64,000 nt of DNA, taken from an uncultured Candidatus Saccharimonas sp. (GTDB lineage: Bacteria > Patescibacteriota > Saccharimonadia > Saccharimonadales > AWTP1-31). The notes under the pieces were generated by a model. It saw only the letters and a program-made list of their open reading frames with translations, ran no database searches and had not been told where the DNA came from. Positions 21,035 through 30,032 of the stretch are shown here, piece after piece (the stretch's first letter is position 1; every line of letters begins with the position of its first letter). The stretch lies in contig CALRBE010000001.1 of the NCBI GenBank assembly GCA_943354005.1, forward strand, positions 147 through 64,146, written 5' to 3'. The translations under genes and the position numbers were made by a program.

Positions 21035-21463
21035 ATGAAACTACATATCGTTACCATTGGCAGCCCTAAACTAGACTACGCGCAAACAGGCTGGAAGCTC
21101 TACATAGATCGGCTACAGCGCTACCATACGGTACGTGTTACGCATATTGCAGACAACAAGAATGATAGTAATCACATAGAAGCTGCAGTCGGTTCAGGCT
21201 ATAGCGTTGCACTTGTTATTAATGGACCGCAAATGAACAGCGAAGCACTAGCAGCTTTCATCGATAAAAGAGCCAACGTCGCTCAGGAGCTCTGCTTTAT
21301 AATTGGTGGCCCTGATGGACTCCCACAAAAAGTAATTGACTCAGCCGACAGACAATGGGGATTGTCTGAACTGACATTCCCACACGACCTGGCTATGGTC
21401 ATACTTGCGGAAACATTGTACCGAGCAAGCACCATCTCAGCAGGACAACCGTATCACCATTAA
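21035..21463 (+). CDS. rlmH: 23S rRNA (pseudouridine1915-N3)-methyltransferase RlmH
   Basis: The SPOUT fold signature is present: MKLHIVTIGSPK...IIGGPDG...LSELTFPH. Confidence 0.9.
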   Translation: MKLHIVTIGSPKLDYAQTGWKLYIDRLQRYHTVRVTHIADNKNDSNHIEAAVGSGYSVALVINGPQMNSEALAAFIDKRANVAQELCFIIGGPDGLPQKVIDSADRQWGLSELTFPHDLAMVILAETLYRASTISAGQPYHH

Positions 21464-21711
21464 AATTTGTGTACGCCCTTAGAGTTCTGAGGATTAACTT
21501 TGGATAGACGAATCGAAAGGCGATAACGAAAAATTGGAATTGTCACGACTGCTATGTGGTGGAACAAGCTGTAGTTAACGTTTGGGTCAACGCTTAGTAA
21601 TGGCTTTTTGTGTCTCCGGTAATCTATATAGACGTATACCATTACAGCAAGAACGATAGCAATAAGAATGGCAAGTATAATAAATATTTTCATGATTGTC
21701 ATATACATCAT
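21460..21711 (-). CDS. small hypothetical membrane protein
   Basis: An 83-aa ORF with one strongly hydrophobic helix (IFIILAILIAIVLAVMVYVYI). Confidence 0.4.
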   Translation of the reverse strand: MMYMTIMKIFIILAILIAIVLAVMVYVYIDYRRHKKPLLSVDPNVNYSLFHHIAVVTIPIFRYRLSIRLSKVNPQNSKGVHKF

Positions 21712-21838
21712 ATCATCTGTTGTTATATTTTTTCATGTGATGCGATCAAAAAGTAAGCTAAAGAATAAATGGACGAGTATAATAAATAATGTTCGTATAA
21801 ACATAGACTATACTACTTATAAATAATAAAGGGATGAT

Positions 21839-23467
21839 ATGAGCACAGAGACAATACCGCGACCAGATATACAACCTATAAAACCTGAAGATATTAATCC
21901 AGAAGCCATGCATGCCCCCATTAACCCTGAGGTAGCCGAAGATGTAGGTGAAGTAGCAGTAGATTCGGCGGCCAATGCAGCAGAAGGTCCAAACAACCTA
22001 GAAGTTTCGGGTAGGGAACCCATTAACCCTGAGGTAGCCGAAGATGTAGGTGAAGTAGCTGTCAATTCTACACTCGATACATTACGGAGCCCTGAAGCTA
22101 TTGAGAAAAGAGTAGGAGAGGCCTTAGCCAAAGTTGACTTCGAAGAGACACCTCAAATGAAAGAGGCACTGACTCAATATTTTGAAACAAATTATGCTTT
22201 GGCATCAACAATAGATAAAAGTATCGCAGAAGATCCTAAGACTTTGTCTGAAGAGCAAAAAACCGAGCGACAGGCTGAACTACAGTCTATTATTGAAGCA
22301 AGTAAAGATGGTGGCCTAGACACTCAGCATCTGTATGAGGCTATGGTTGAATATGGCAACATGCCTCCTGCCATCACACGAATTGCCACACCATTACTTG
22401 CAAAAGTACGCCTCGAGAGAATAGCCAATCCAGAAGATTCAAAGCTTGAGTGCGTAGAGCAAATGCTGCTCGTACAATGCGGCATCTCTTTATTTAGTGA
22501 AGCGAGTGTTGGCGTTACTTCGGTTGGTGAAGAAGAGATTGAAATAGTCAAAGATATATCTTCTCGTGTAAAAAGTGTCGTTACAGAATCACCTCATTTT
22601 GATAGAACCGGAAAAGTTGTACATCCTAGTTTTATAAAAAGAAACATACCAATAGGTTTACTGGACAATCCTACTGTCTCAATAGATAAAGCGACTAAGC
22701 TTTTCTGGGAAGATGTTCGCCACTCGGGGCAACTTTTATTTCACAATTCTGGCGATATAAATAAGACACGGGGAAATGGTGAAATCCTAACTAGGAGAAT
22801 GCAACAACAAAGAAATAAAGAAGTAAAGCTACAAACTGCTGAATCTCTAAATGGTCATATACATTCACCTACGGTACATTGGAGCGAGAAATATGATCCA
22901 AGAGGTTATAAAGGAGGGGCTGGCACTGGAGGTACGATAGCTCTTCCTATTCGCGAAGTTATTGCTACAGCTCCATTCGCAAGAGATGCTGAATACGGCG
23001 TGCTCCGTATGAAACAGGATCGTAAAGCTCAAGTTATTGATCGCGTAACAAGCTCACGTAGTACAGGAGATATCTATGGAGGAGCTGCAGACTATCAAGG
23101 TGCACTGGGAATAGATCGCACATTTTATTCTTCTCCAATCGATTCAAGCCCTGGTGAGCCACTAGAGCAAGCCCCTGATGCCCACGGATTTAGACTATCA
23201 AAGAACGATTTCGCTATAGCAATAAGTGAACAAGAGTTACAGACTGCTCAACTGTCTGGAGTAGGGGAAAGCTTTCCCCAGATCGTAAGATTAGATCCTG
23301 AATCTCTTGATACAGGTATAGATGCCCTACAGCAAACTAGCATAGATCGTTATCCAGATGAATTCGTTATTCCTGTAAGAGCGGGTGGAGTATTTAACTT
23401 TTTCGTTCCAGACGATAGCGTAAGCCAAGGAAGACAGCATGCGCAATTTACTAAAGTTGTAGGTTAA
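21839..23467 (+). CDS. acidic orphan protein with N-terminal 34-aa duplication
   Basis: A 542-aa uninterrupted ORF preceded by AAGGGA. It has no TM helix, no signal peptide and no domain I recognise. Confidence 0.6.
   Translation: MSTETIPRPDIQPIKPEDINPEAMHAPINPEVAEDVGEVAVDSAANAAEGPNNLEVSGREPINPEVAEDVGEVAVNSTLDTLRSPEAIEKRVGEALAKVDFEETPQMKEALTQYFETNYALASTIDKSIAEDPKTLSEEQKTERQAELQSIIEASKDGGLDTQHLYEAMVEYGNMPPAITRIATPLLAKVRLERIANPEDSKLECVEQMLLVQCGISLFSEASVGVTSVGEEEIEIVKDISSRVKSVVTESPHFDRTGKVVHPSFIKRNIPIGLLDNPTVSIDKATKLFWEDVRHSGQLLFHNSGDINKTRGNGEILTRRMQQQRNKEVKLQTAESLNGHIHSPTVHWSEKYDPRGYKGGAGTGGTIALPIREVIATAPFARDAEYGVLRMKQDRKAQVIDRVTSSRSTGDIYGGAADYQGALGIDRTFYSSPIDSSPGEPLEQAPDAHGFRLSKNDFAIAISEQELQTAQLSGVGESFPQIVRLDPESLDTGIDALQQTSIDRYPDEFVIPVRAGGVFNFFVPDDSVSQGRQHAQFTKVVG
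21917..22059 (+). repeat. 41-bp perfect direct repeat, 102 bp offset (in frame)
   Basis: CCCATTAACCCTGAGGTAGCCGAAGATGTAGGTGAAGTAGC occurs at 21917-21957 and 22019-22059. Each copy encodes PINPEVAEDVGEVA. Confidence 0.9.
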
Positions 23468-23512
23468 CAATCAGTAATAATAATTATTGGAAAAATTTAT
23501 ATATATTTTGTT
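23429..23512. repeat. left copy of ~80-bp direct repeat (3' end of the 542-aa ORF plus downstream)
   Basis: GGAAGACAGCATGCGCAATTTACTAAAGTTGTAGGTTAACAATCAGTAATAATAATTATTGG... recurs at 28480-28561 with a few substitutions and one 1-nt indel. Confidence 0.85.
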
Positions 23513-23532
23513 ATAAATATTTATTAACTGAA

Positions 23533-24627
23533 TTAGCTTGGCATATAGGTAGCTGTAACGTTCTCGATTTTTCCAAGAGCCAACAAATTGTCTCCCGTTC
23601 GAGCCATCAAAACTTGGTCAGGAATTAATAGGGGTCTTAGTTGTCCAGGTACCTCAGCACCGCCACCTGTATAATCTTGCCAACCTCGACTAATTACGAA
23701 TCGATCTTGGAAGCGTAATGGTACTGACTTGTTTTCTGCTGAACTATTAAGTGCAAGAAGTTGGTTTTGATTCCACTCAGAGGAAGTGTAAAACTTACGA
23801 AGAAGCTGATTAACCGAATCTTCTTCTAAGCACCCGGCCAGATCAAGCTTGAATTGCTCGGTTGGTTTAGTCTGTAAGAAACTCTGAAGAGTTCTTTGCT
23901 CTCCAATGCCTCGAACCGAATGCCAGCCGTTGCCAAGATTGGTTTCTTGCAAGAAAACTTCGCCACTATCATCGATATAGGCAAGTTGTCCATTTTCTAC
24001 ATAACAATCTAGTTTAAGTTTATCTGCAGGTAACTTTAGCCCCGCCGGAACATCAATGGTTTGTGGGTTGTCTATTGTAGTAATAAAGGCTAATCCTCCA
24101 TCTATTACCAGACTTTGTAGTGGTAAGTTCTTATTTTGCTTGACCATTGAAGTCGGTCGAAGCAGCACAAAACCTCTTTTAACTCTCGAAATGGACTCTG
24201 GCGACATCAAGTCATCAATATATTCTGATGATTTGGTCTGTGACCGTTCAATAAGTCGGTCTGTTTCGCTGGGTACCTGATTCTGGCCAGCCGCCTCTCT
24301 GGTCGCCCGACTAAGCCTAGCCCCAGGTTTTTTTGTAGATACAATACTCTGTCTTATGCCACTTATTGTATCTGGTGTTATTGAATCGTAAGATTGCTGA
24401 ATCCGTTGAAGTCGATCAGATTGTGCCGACGAAGAGCCAGCCTTATCAGGATGAAGTTGGATCTGAAAGGCTCGATACAATCCCCTAACTGCAACAATCA
24501 GGGCCTCTGGCTGCAATTCTGTAGCCAACTCACGGGTAATACCCAAAACCTCTAAAGGGCTGGGCTGCCTTGCTGCTTGTGCGATTTCATTAAGTGCCTC
24601 GCGAATCGGGTCTTCCTGTTTAGGCAT
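23533..24627 (-). CDS. J-domain protein with uncharacterised C-terminal domain
   Basis: The N-terminus reads PLEVLGITRELATELQPEALIVAVRGLYRAFQIQLHPDKAGSSSAQSDRLQRIQQSYDSI, i.e. helix II, HPD, helix III. The remaining ~270 aa are unassigned. Confidence 0.7.
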   Translation of the reverse strand: MPKQEDPIREALNEIAQAARQPSPLEVLGITRELATELQPEALIVAVRGLYRAFQIQLHPDKAGSSSAQSDRLQRIQQSYDSITPDTISGIRQSIVSTKKPGARLSRATREAAGQNQVPSETDRLIERSQTKSSEYIDDLMSPESISRVKRGFVLLRPTSMVKQNKNLPLQSLVIDGGLAFITTIDNPQTIDVPAGLKLPADKLKLDCYVENGQLAYIDDSGEVFLQETNLGNGWHSVRGIGEQRTLQSFLQTKPTEQFKLDLAGCLEEDSVNQLLRKFYTSSEWNQNQLLALNSSAENKSVPLRFQDRFVISRGWQDYTGGGAEVPGQLRPLLIPDQVLMARTGDNLLALGKIENVTATYMPS

Positions 24628-24628
24628 A

Positions 24629-25264
24629 TTAAAACACCCGTCCAGTTGTTATATCCCGCAAACTTGCACCTTCACGGATCAGAGCAAGTAGCTCTTCTGC
24701 ACCACTGTGCCTAAATGAAAGTTCACGGCGTTCTTGTATAATTTCTAAAGCATCGTCTAGCTGATTTAGATCTTGTTCGTCGTCCAAACTAAATCCTAGT
24801 ATGCGGTAAATCTCATCAGTCTGACTAAGGGTAATGCCCAGTGTATCCTTAACGTCATATAGAAAAGCACAGCCTTCAGCAGTGTATCCATGCTCCTTTA
24901 TGTATTTAGTAACCTCGCTCATTTTAGGGTTTCGTTCGACTATCAAAGAAGTTAATTCAAAAACATCCTTCATAGTTGGCAAACGTCCAGCATTATAAAG
25001 ATCGATTATACGATCAATTCCTGCTTCTAGGCGTTTCGCGCCAATTAACTTTTCTTCGTCTCCGCTATATTGAGCTTCAATTAGCTCATTACCAATAAAA
25101 GCCGCTACTAATTCTGCATCGGTACCCATAACCATTAAACCATTCCAGTCAGTGACCTGTTGGCCCTCGGCATTGGTAGTTACTGGGATCAACGATAATA
25201 GATCTCTGGGAACTATCGCTTGTACAGGAAGATCGCTTGTTTGTGTTTCGTATTCGTGTGTCAT
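24629..25264 (-). CDS. acidic orphan protein, immediately upstream of the J-domain gene
   Basis: A 211-aa ORF whose stop at 24629-24631 lies 1 nt from the J-domain gene start at 24627. Confidence 0.55.
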   Translation of the reverse strand: MTHEYETQTSDLPVQAIVPRDLLSLIPVTTNAEGQQVTDWNGLMVMGTDAELVAAFIGNELIEAQYSGDEEKLIGAKRLEAGIDRIIDLYNAGRLPTMKDVFELTSLIVERNPKMSEVTKYIKEHGYTAEGCAFLYDVKDTLGITLSQTDEIYRILGFSLDDEQDLNQLDDALEIIQERRELSFRHSGAEELLALIREGASLRDITTGRVF

Positions 25265-25382
25265 ATGACTCCTTAATTAAAATGTCAGTGAACAATAGCT
25301 TTAATATTTATAATGTGCAAACTATTTATGACGAAGTTATACTTAACAGATGTAAATTAACATTATATTTGTCAATATTTAT

Positions 25383-25410
25383 TTGACTATATATTTATAT
25401 AAGGTATAAT
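25383..25410 (+). promoter_or_regulatory. sigma-70-type promoter, TTGACT-N16-TATAAT
   Basis: TTGACT is at 25383-25388 and TATAAT at 25405-25410. The ATG of the TrmB-like gene starts at 25417, about where transcription should begin. Confidence 0.5.
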
Positions 25411-25416
25411 TCAAAT

Positions 25417-26151
25417 ATGATTTCATCACTTAAAGACTTAGGTATTAACGATACACAGCAGCTTTGTTACTTTGAACTTGTTAAAAGTGGCCCTGTGAGC
25501 GCAACCGAATTAGCCAGTAGTATAGATCTCAAGCGAACGACAGTACATATGGCATTAGAAAAACTTACCGAACTAGGACTTGTCGAAAAGACTGCCGAAA
25601 AGGGAGTATGGCAAGCCAATAACCCCACCGAGCTAAAAAGACTTCTAGCACAAAGACAAAACGAATTAAAACAATCGGCACAAGAACTACAGTCCAGCCT
25701 ACCGGCTATAATTTCTCGCTATCGACTGAGTCATCAACAACCAGGCGTTCTTCATATAGAAGGCAAGAACGGAATTAAGTATCTTCACGATGACATTATT
25801 CGTAATAATAAAGAAGTCCTAATTTTTACAAGCTCAAAAGACCGTGATAATCCAGAAATCGCTCTAGCAATCGATGCCCAAATAACTCGGCAAGAAATTG
25901 CCGGAATAAAAGTCAGGGCTCTATCGTCAGTCACGTTAAAGGACGACAAGACACTAATCTCAATCAGCAATAAGCGAATTACCGAAAGATTCTTTGGCGA
26001 CGAACAACAGTCTTCCCAAACAATTATCTACGGAGACAACGTTGCTATAAGTACATTCGGTGAAACAATGTACACAACGATTATCACTTCACCTGAGATA
26101 GCCGATTCTTATAGAAGTATGTTCGAAAACCAATGGATTTTAGCCATCTAA
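25417..26151 (+). CDS. TrmB-family winged-helix transcriptional regulator
   Basis: The N-terminal wHTH is YFELVKSGPVSATELASSIDLKRTTVHMALEKLTELGLVEK. The C-terminal part is a TrmB-like effector-type domain. Confidence 0.7.
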   Translation: MISSLKDLGINDTQQLCYFELVKSGPVSATELASSIDLKRTTVHMALEKLTELGLVEKTAEKGVWQANNPTELKRLLAQRQNELKQSAQELQSSLPAIISRYRLSHQQPGVLHIEGKNGIKYLHDDIIRNNKEVLIFTSSKDRDNPEIALAIDAQITRQEIAGIKVRALSSVTLKDDKTLISISNKRITERFFGDEQQSSQTIIYGDNVAISTFGETMYTTIITSPEIADSYRSMFENQWILAI

Positions 26152-26192
26152 CTACCAAACTGTTCATTTGCTTCTTGTATAAGTTCGGGCGT

Positions 26193-28430
26193 TTAAGTGA
26201 CTGGTGGTGCTTTATTCAATTTCTCCATAACATCGAAAATTCTAGTAATACGCTTTAGTAGTCTTCCGAAGCTCTCTGGATTTGCCGATTCTGGTAAGAA
26301 TTCACTTTTAATATGGTTATTTGGAAGCTCATCGACCGATTCGTCTTCAATTCGAGCCATTTCGGCAGCACCGGCACTAATAACTGTAGCCAATAAGTAT
26401 CCAATTGGTTCTTTTGCGGGCTTTCTAGTGCTCCCAATATCAAAACTAAGTTCGTGCTGGCCATAGTTTTCTAGGTCTAGACGCATACTAAAAGTGCGCA
26501 TTCTTTTACCTTTTTTGTTGTTAGCTAAAAAGGTATTTTCATCGAATCTATCACCTAGTAGTTCTCTCAAAGCTGGCACCATATTTCTAGCATCTTCAAT
26601 AGATATTGTTCTAGTCAGACCTAATCTGGCCTCTCCCTCTGTGTCTGCTTCGTTCCGAATGCTAATTAGGGTCCTACTTCTACCGTTTGATAGATTTTGG
26701 TCACCTTCGTTACTAGTTGCAAATGGAAAATCTTTTATCGGTTTGCGCTCAAAGGTAGCCCGATTATCCTTTGCCTGGGAATCATTTAGTATTACCCGGC
26801 TGGGAATCTCGCATATAATACTGGCTTCATTTAGGGCGTCAGTAACAATCGCTAGACTAAGAATTACTTGATCAAGACTAGTTACAGTTGATTCTGCCGT
26901 TGTTGGATGACCTTCAGCGTCATAGCCTGTCACAAGTACGGCACTGGCTGCGCCACGCTGTAAAAGCGAGTGCATAGCGGCAATTTGCTCGGTCAATCTT
27001 AGTTGAATACTCTTATAAATACCGTCGGTTATTTTCTTTTCTTCTGGGAGATTATTCATTTCGTCCTGAGTCAAATATTCGTCCATAAATACGGGACCAT
27101 AAACCAGCCTAATAGAATAGTTTCCAGCGTTTTTTGTAGCCCGTAAAATATTGGACATGACCTGGTGCATATCTTTTGTGTCGGCTACTTCCATGATGTC
27201 GACTAGCATTTCTGCCAAAATACCTTGAGTTCTTGGCATTTTCATTAGTTCAACAAAATTACGCATAAACTCAGGGTGTTGATCATCAACCATTTGGCTA
27301 ACATCTTGAAGGCGTTTAAAATTTGCTACAGGGTCGTTTTTTAGATAATCTATCATCTCTTTATCGATTTCTTTACCAGTGCTGCCGTGATAACCCCTGA
27401 TTAGGTATGAGTAACGGCTCTCTTGTTCTTCGTACTGAATCGGTAATAGTTTATGTCTGGCATCAACCAGGTGATCTATTGCGACAATATCATCTGGAGT
27501 CATTGATTGACTTTCAAATATCTGACTGAAGGCCCTGATATAAGTTGGGTCATCCAGATTGCTAATTGCGCCAAATGATTGACCGTAGTAGTTCATGAAA
27601 TAAAATCCGTCATCCAGAATGTCCGATTCATCTCGCAGCGGAGCAATGCCCAATTCATCTCGCAGCGGAGCAATAATGTATTCGACATCAGTAGTTTTTG
27701 GCATAGAAGCAGAAATATCGGCCATAATCTTCATAGCTTTGATAGAACAAATTGTCTGCATATCTAGGGCAAAATTGTAAACGTCGATATCTTCGGTTTG
27801 TGTGGCGAAACCTGCTAGTTTATCGTTAAGTTTTTGAGCGTACATTGCAGCATGAAGACGTATTGGATCAGTTGCGATTCTTGTGCTTACGTCGACCAAT
27901 CTCTTCTGATGAGCCAGACTTTCTTGTTCATCTATACCTTTTTCAATTCTTACCCTAAGTCGGCTAATTAGAATGTCCGTGGTTAACCCTTCAGCTATCC
28001 TAATTTCAGGCATCTCCTGTAAACCATGTTGAATTGCCAATGAGGTGCTTTCAACTTCTAGAAGGTCACAATAAGTAGTAAGGGCCGCCATAGTCACAAC
28101 TTGTTCTTCAGCATTAAGAGACCCCATGTACTCAAAACTTCTGGCTAGCATTTGAGAATCACGAAACTCCAGAAGCTTGCTCCGATCAGCATCTGGATGC
28201 TCGTGAACAAATACTGCAATATCCTCAGCAATCAAGGGGTCAATGACTTCTTTTAGTGTATCGGGCAACAAAGGATGACTAGGTTGATTGTCGCCAAATT
28301 CCCAAGCGGGCCTAAATATATCGTCCTGAAGAGTAAAATCTGAAATACTTCCGTCCAGCTCACGAGGTAGTTTAAGCGTATGCTGATCACCCTGGAGTTT
28401 ATCTATATTAGAGTTGTCCATTTTGATCAT
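26193..28430 (-). CDS. large acidic orphan protein
   Basis: A 745-aa uninterrupted ORF with no TM helix, no signal peptide and no recognisable motif. Confidence 0.6.
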   Translation of the reverse strand: MIKMDNSNIDKLQGDQHTLKLPRELDGSISDFTLQDDIFRPAWEFGDNQPSHPLLPDTLKEVIDPLIAEDIAVFVHEHPDADRSKLLEFRDSQMLARSFEYMGSLNAEEQVVTMAALTTYCDLLEVESTSLAIQHGLQEMPEIRIAEGLTTDILISRLRVRIEKGIDEQESLAHQKRLVDVSTRIATDPIRLHAAMYAQKLNDKLAGFATQTEDIDVYNFALDMQTICSIKAMKIMADISASMPKTTDVEYIIAPLRDELGIAPLRDESDILDDGFYFMNYYGQSFGAISNLDDPTYIRAFSQIFESQSMTPDDIVAIDHLVDARHKLLPIQYEEQESRYSYLIRGYHGSTGKEIDKEMIDYLKNDPVANFKRLQDVSQMVDDQHPEFMRNFVELMKMPRTQGILAEMLVDIMEVADTKDMHQVMSNILRATKNAGNYSIRLVYGPVFMDEYLTQDEMNNLPEEKKITDGIYKSIQLRLTEQIAAMHSLLQRGAASAVLVTGYDAEGHPTTAESTVTSLDQVILSLAIVTDALNEASIICEIPSRVILNDSQAKDNRATFERKPIKDFPFATSNEGDQNLSNGRSRTLISIRNEADTEGEARLGLTRTISIEDARNMVPALRELLGDRFDENTFLANNKKGKRMRTFSMRLDLENYGQHELSFDIGSTRKPAKEPIGYLLATVISAGAAEMARIEDESVDELPNNHIKSEFLPESANPESFGRLLKRITRIFDVMEKLNKAPPVT
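27626..27674 (-). repeat. 22-bp perfect tandem duplication at 27-bp (9-codon) offset
   Basis: ATTCATCTCGCAGCGGAGCAAT occurs at 27626-27647 and 27653-27674. It encodes IAPLRDELG-IAPLRDESD. Confidence 0.85.
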
Positions 28431-28479
28431 TATAGCCTAACATATAGGAAAAGTTTAACTTGAAATAATGACCTCATTC

Positions 28480-28561
28480 GGAAGACAGCATGCGCTATTT
28501 ACTAAGTTGTAGGGTAGCAATCAGTAATAATAATTATTAGAAATTATTTATATATTTTCTT
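28480..28561. repeat. right copy of ~80-bp direct repeat (degenerate 3'-end remnant)
   Basis: GGAAGACAGCATGCGCTATTTACTAAGTTGTAGGGTAGCAATCAGTAATAATAATTATTAG... still reads GRQHALFTKL-stop. The left copy reads GRQHAQFTKVVG-stop. Confidence 0.85.
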
Positions 28562-28637
28562 GCTTTCTTTTAATATCAATAATTGATGTATACTTTTTAG
28601 GAAGGTAAGCGTAAAAAATTACACTTTTATTAAAATT

Positions 28638-29858
28638 ATGAAAAATCAAAAAGATATTAAGCGAAATAAAAAATCTCCAGTAGGATCATCCAAAAAAATA
28701 GTTAAGAGCAACAAGGAAGGAAGTAAGTCGTTCCTGGCAACGTGGCTTCTTTCATACTTTCTTGGCAATTTTGGAGTTGACCGTTTCTATCTGGGTAAGA
28801 AGAAGACTGGAGTTCTCAAGCTAATAACTTTAGGTGGCCTTGGTTTCTGGACATTAATCGACTTCCTTATAACAGGTCTTGGTACGCGTCGGGATAGTAA
28901 TGGATTGATACTTGAGGGTTTTGCAAAGTATCGTAACAGAATACGTTTTTTTACTTTTATTTTTATAATTATCAATATAGCTTACCTGGCATTTATTGGT
29001 TTATACATTATTCCTCAAAGGCAAATGATCATAAATGATACCAATCGTGAAAATGATATAAAGGGTATTTCTTCATCAATTAGAAATTTTGAGATAAATT
29101 TAAGCGCTTTTTTGCCAGTTGCTATTAGTACAGGAAACGAACCAAACGTAGTTAGGTTTTGCGATACTTCTAATTGTCAAAATGCCTTTTCCGAAATTGA
29201 ACTCCAAACCTATAAGCCCGAAAACGTTAGCCTACAAAAGTATAGTCCAAACTTACAAGTACCTGACTTAGACAAAGTTTATGTAGTTAATGATGCAGAG
29301 TGTAACAGTACCAATAACGGACTCGGGGGCGTAAAAGTTCATTCGGTAGCAATTCTGTCAAAGTCCGAAAAAAGCTTCAATGGCTCTAAAACAAGCTGTA
29401 CTACAGTTGCATCGGAAAAGTTTATCAATATTAACGCATCTCCTTTCTGTGGGGCAATGCCCACTGCTGGCATGTCGGATACGGCAGTCAAGTATCTTCA
29501 AGCCCTTGTAGACTTTAACAAGGGAAGAGAACGAGTCGAAAAAGATTACGTGGATTCTGGAAGTAATGGTGTGACCGTGCAAATGATAACCGATCAGTTA
29601 GTTGCCGATAAGCGACTGATTATAAGTTTGCAAAATATAACATTCCCTAAAGACTTACAAAACCAAGCAAATAATGCAGTTATTGCAATCCAGAAATACG
29701 ATTCGTTGATACTGAAAGAATCCGCGAACGTTGATGCCGTACCACAATCACTGTTCGCTGAAATTACAGTGGCTCGAACAAACTTATTTGCATCCTTAGA
29801 AAATCTACGAACAGAGCTTAATTTACCTGAATCAACCTGTAAGTACATAATTCCTTAG
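28638..29858 (+). CDS. TM2 domain-containing membrane protein with large C-terminal domain
   Basis: WLLSYFLGNFGVDRFYLGKKKTGVLKLITLGGLGFWTLIDFLI is a TM2 domain signature. There is a third TM helix, then a ~280-aa Cys-containing extracytoplasmic part. Confidence 0.7.
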   Translation: MKNQKDIKRNKKSPVGSSKKIVKSNKEGSKSFLATWLLSYFLGNFGVDRFYLGKKKTGVLKLITLGGLGFWTLIDFLITGLGTRRDSNGLILEGFAKYRNRIRFFTFIFIIINIAYLAFIGLYIIPQRQMIINDTNRENDIKGISSSIRNFEINLSAFLPVAISTGNEPNVVRFCDTSNCQNAFSEIELQTYKPENVSLQKYSPNLQVPDLDKVYVVNDAECNSTNNGLGGVKVHSVAILSKSEKSFNGSKTSCTTVASEKFININASPFCGAMPTAGMSDTAVKYLQALVDFNKGRERVEKDYVDSGSNGVTVQMITDQLVADKRLIISLQNITFPKDLQNQANNAVIAIQKYDSLILKESANVDAVPQSLFAEITVARTNLFASLENLRTELNLPESTCKYIIP

Positions 29859-30032
29859 TAGATTAATTAAAGTTATAAATAGCAAACATAGAATTTACTT
29901 TAGAAGTCGTATTAATCGGATTCTGAAAAATCAAATATAACAAGATTAAGAAGATGATCGCAAAAATTTGATTACTGGCTAATTCCAAATTTTGTAAGGG
30001 ATTGAGTCAATGTAGTCTACCTATTGGCCATT

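Larger units (their letters stand above)
23513..28479. mobile_element. putative inserted segment bounded by the 23429/28480 direct repeats (no recombinase seen)
   Basis: Four genes with no housekeeping role lie between repeat copies whose similarity begins abruptly at GGAAGACAG in both. No integrase or transposase is present. Confidence 0.3.
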
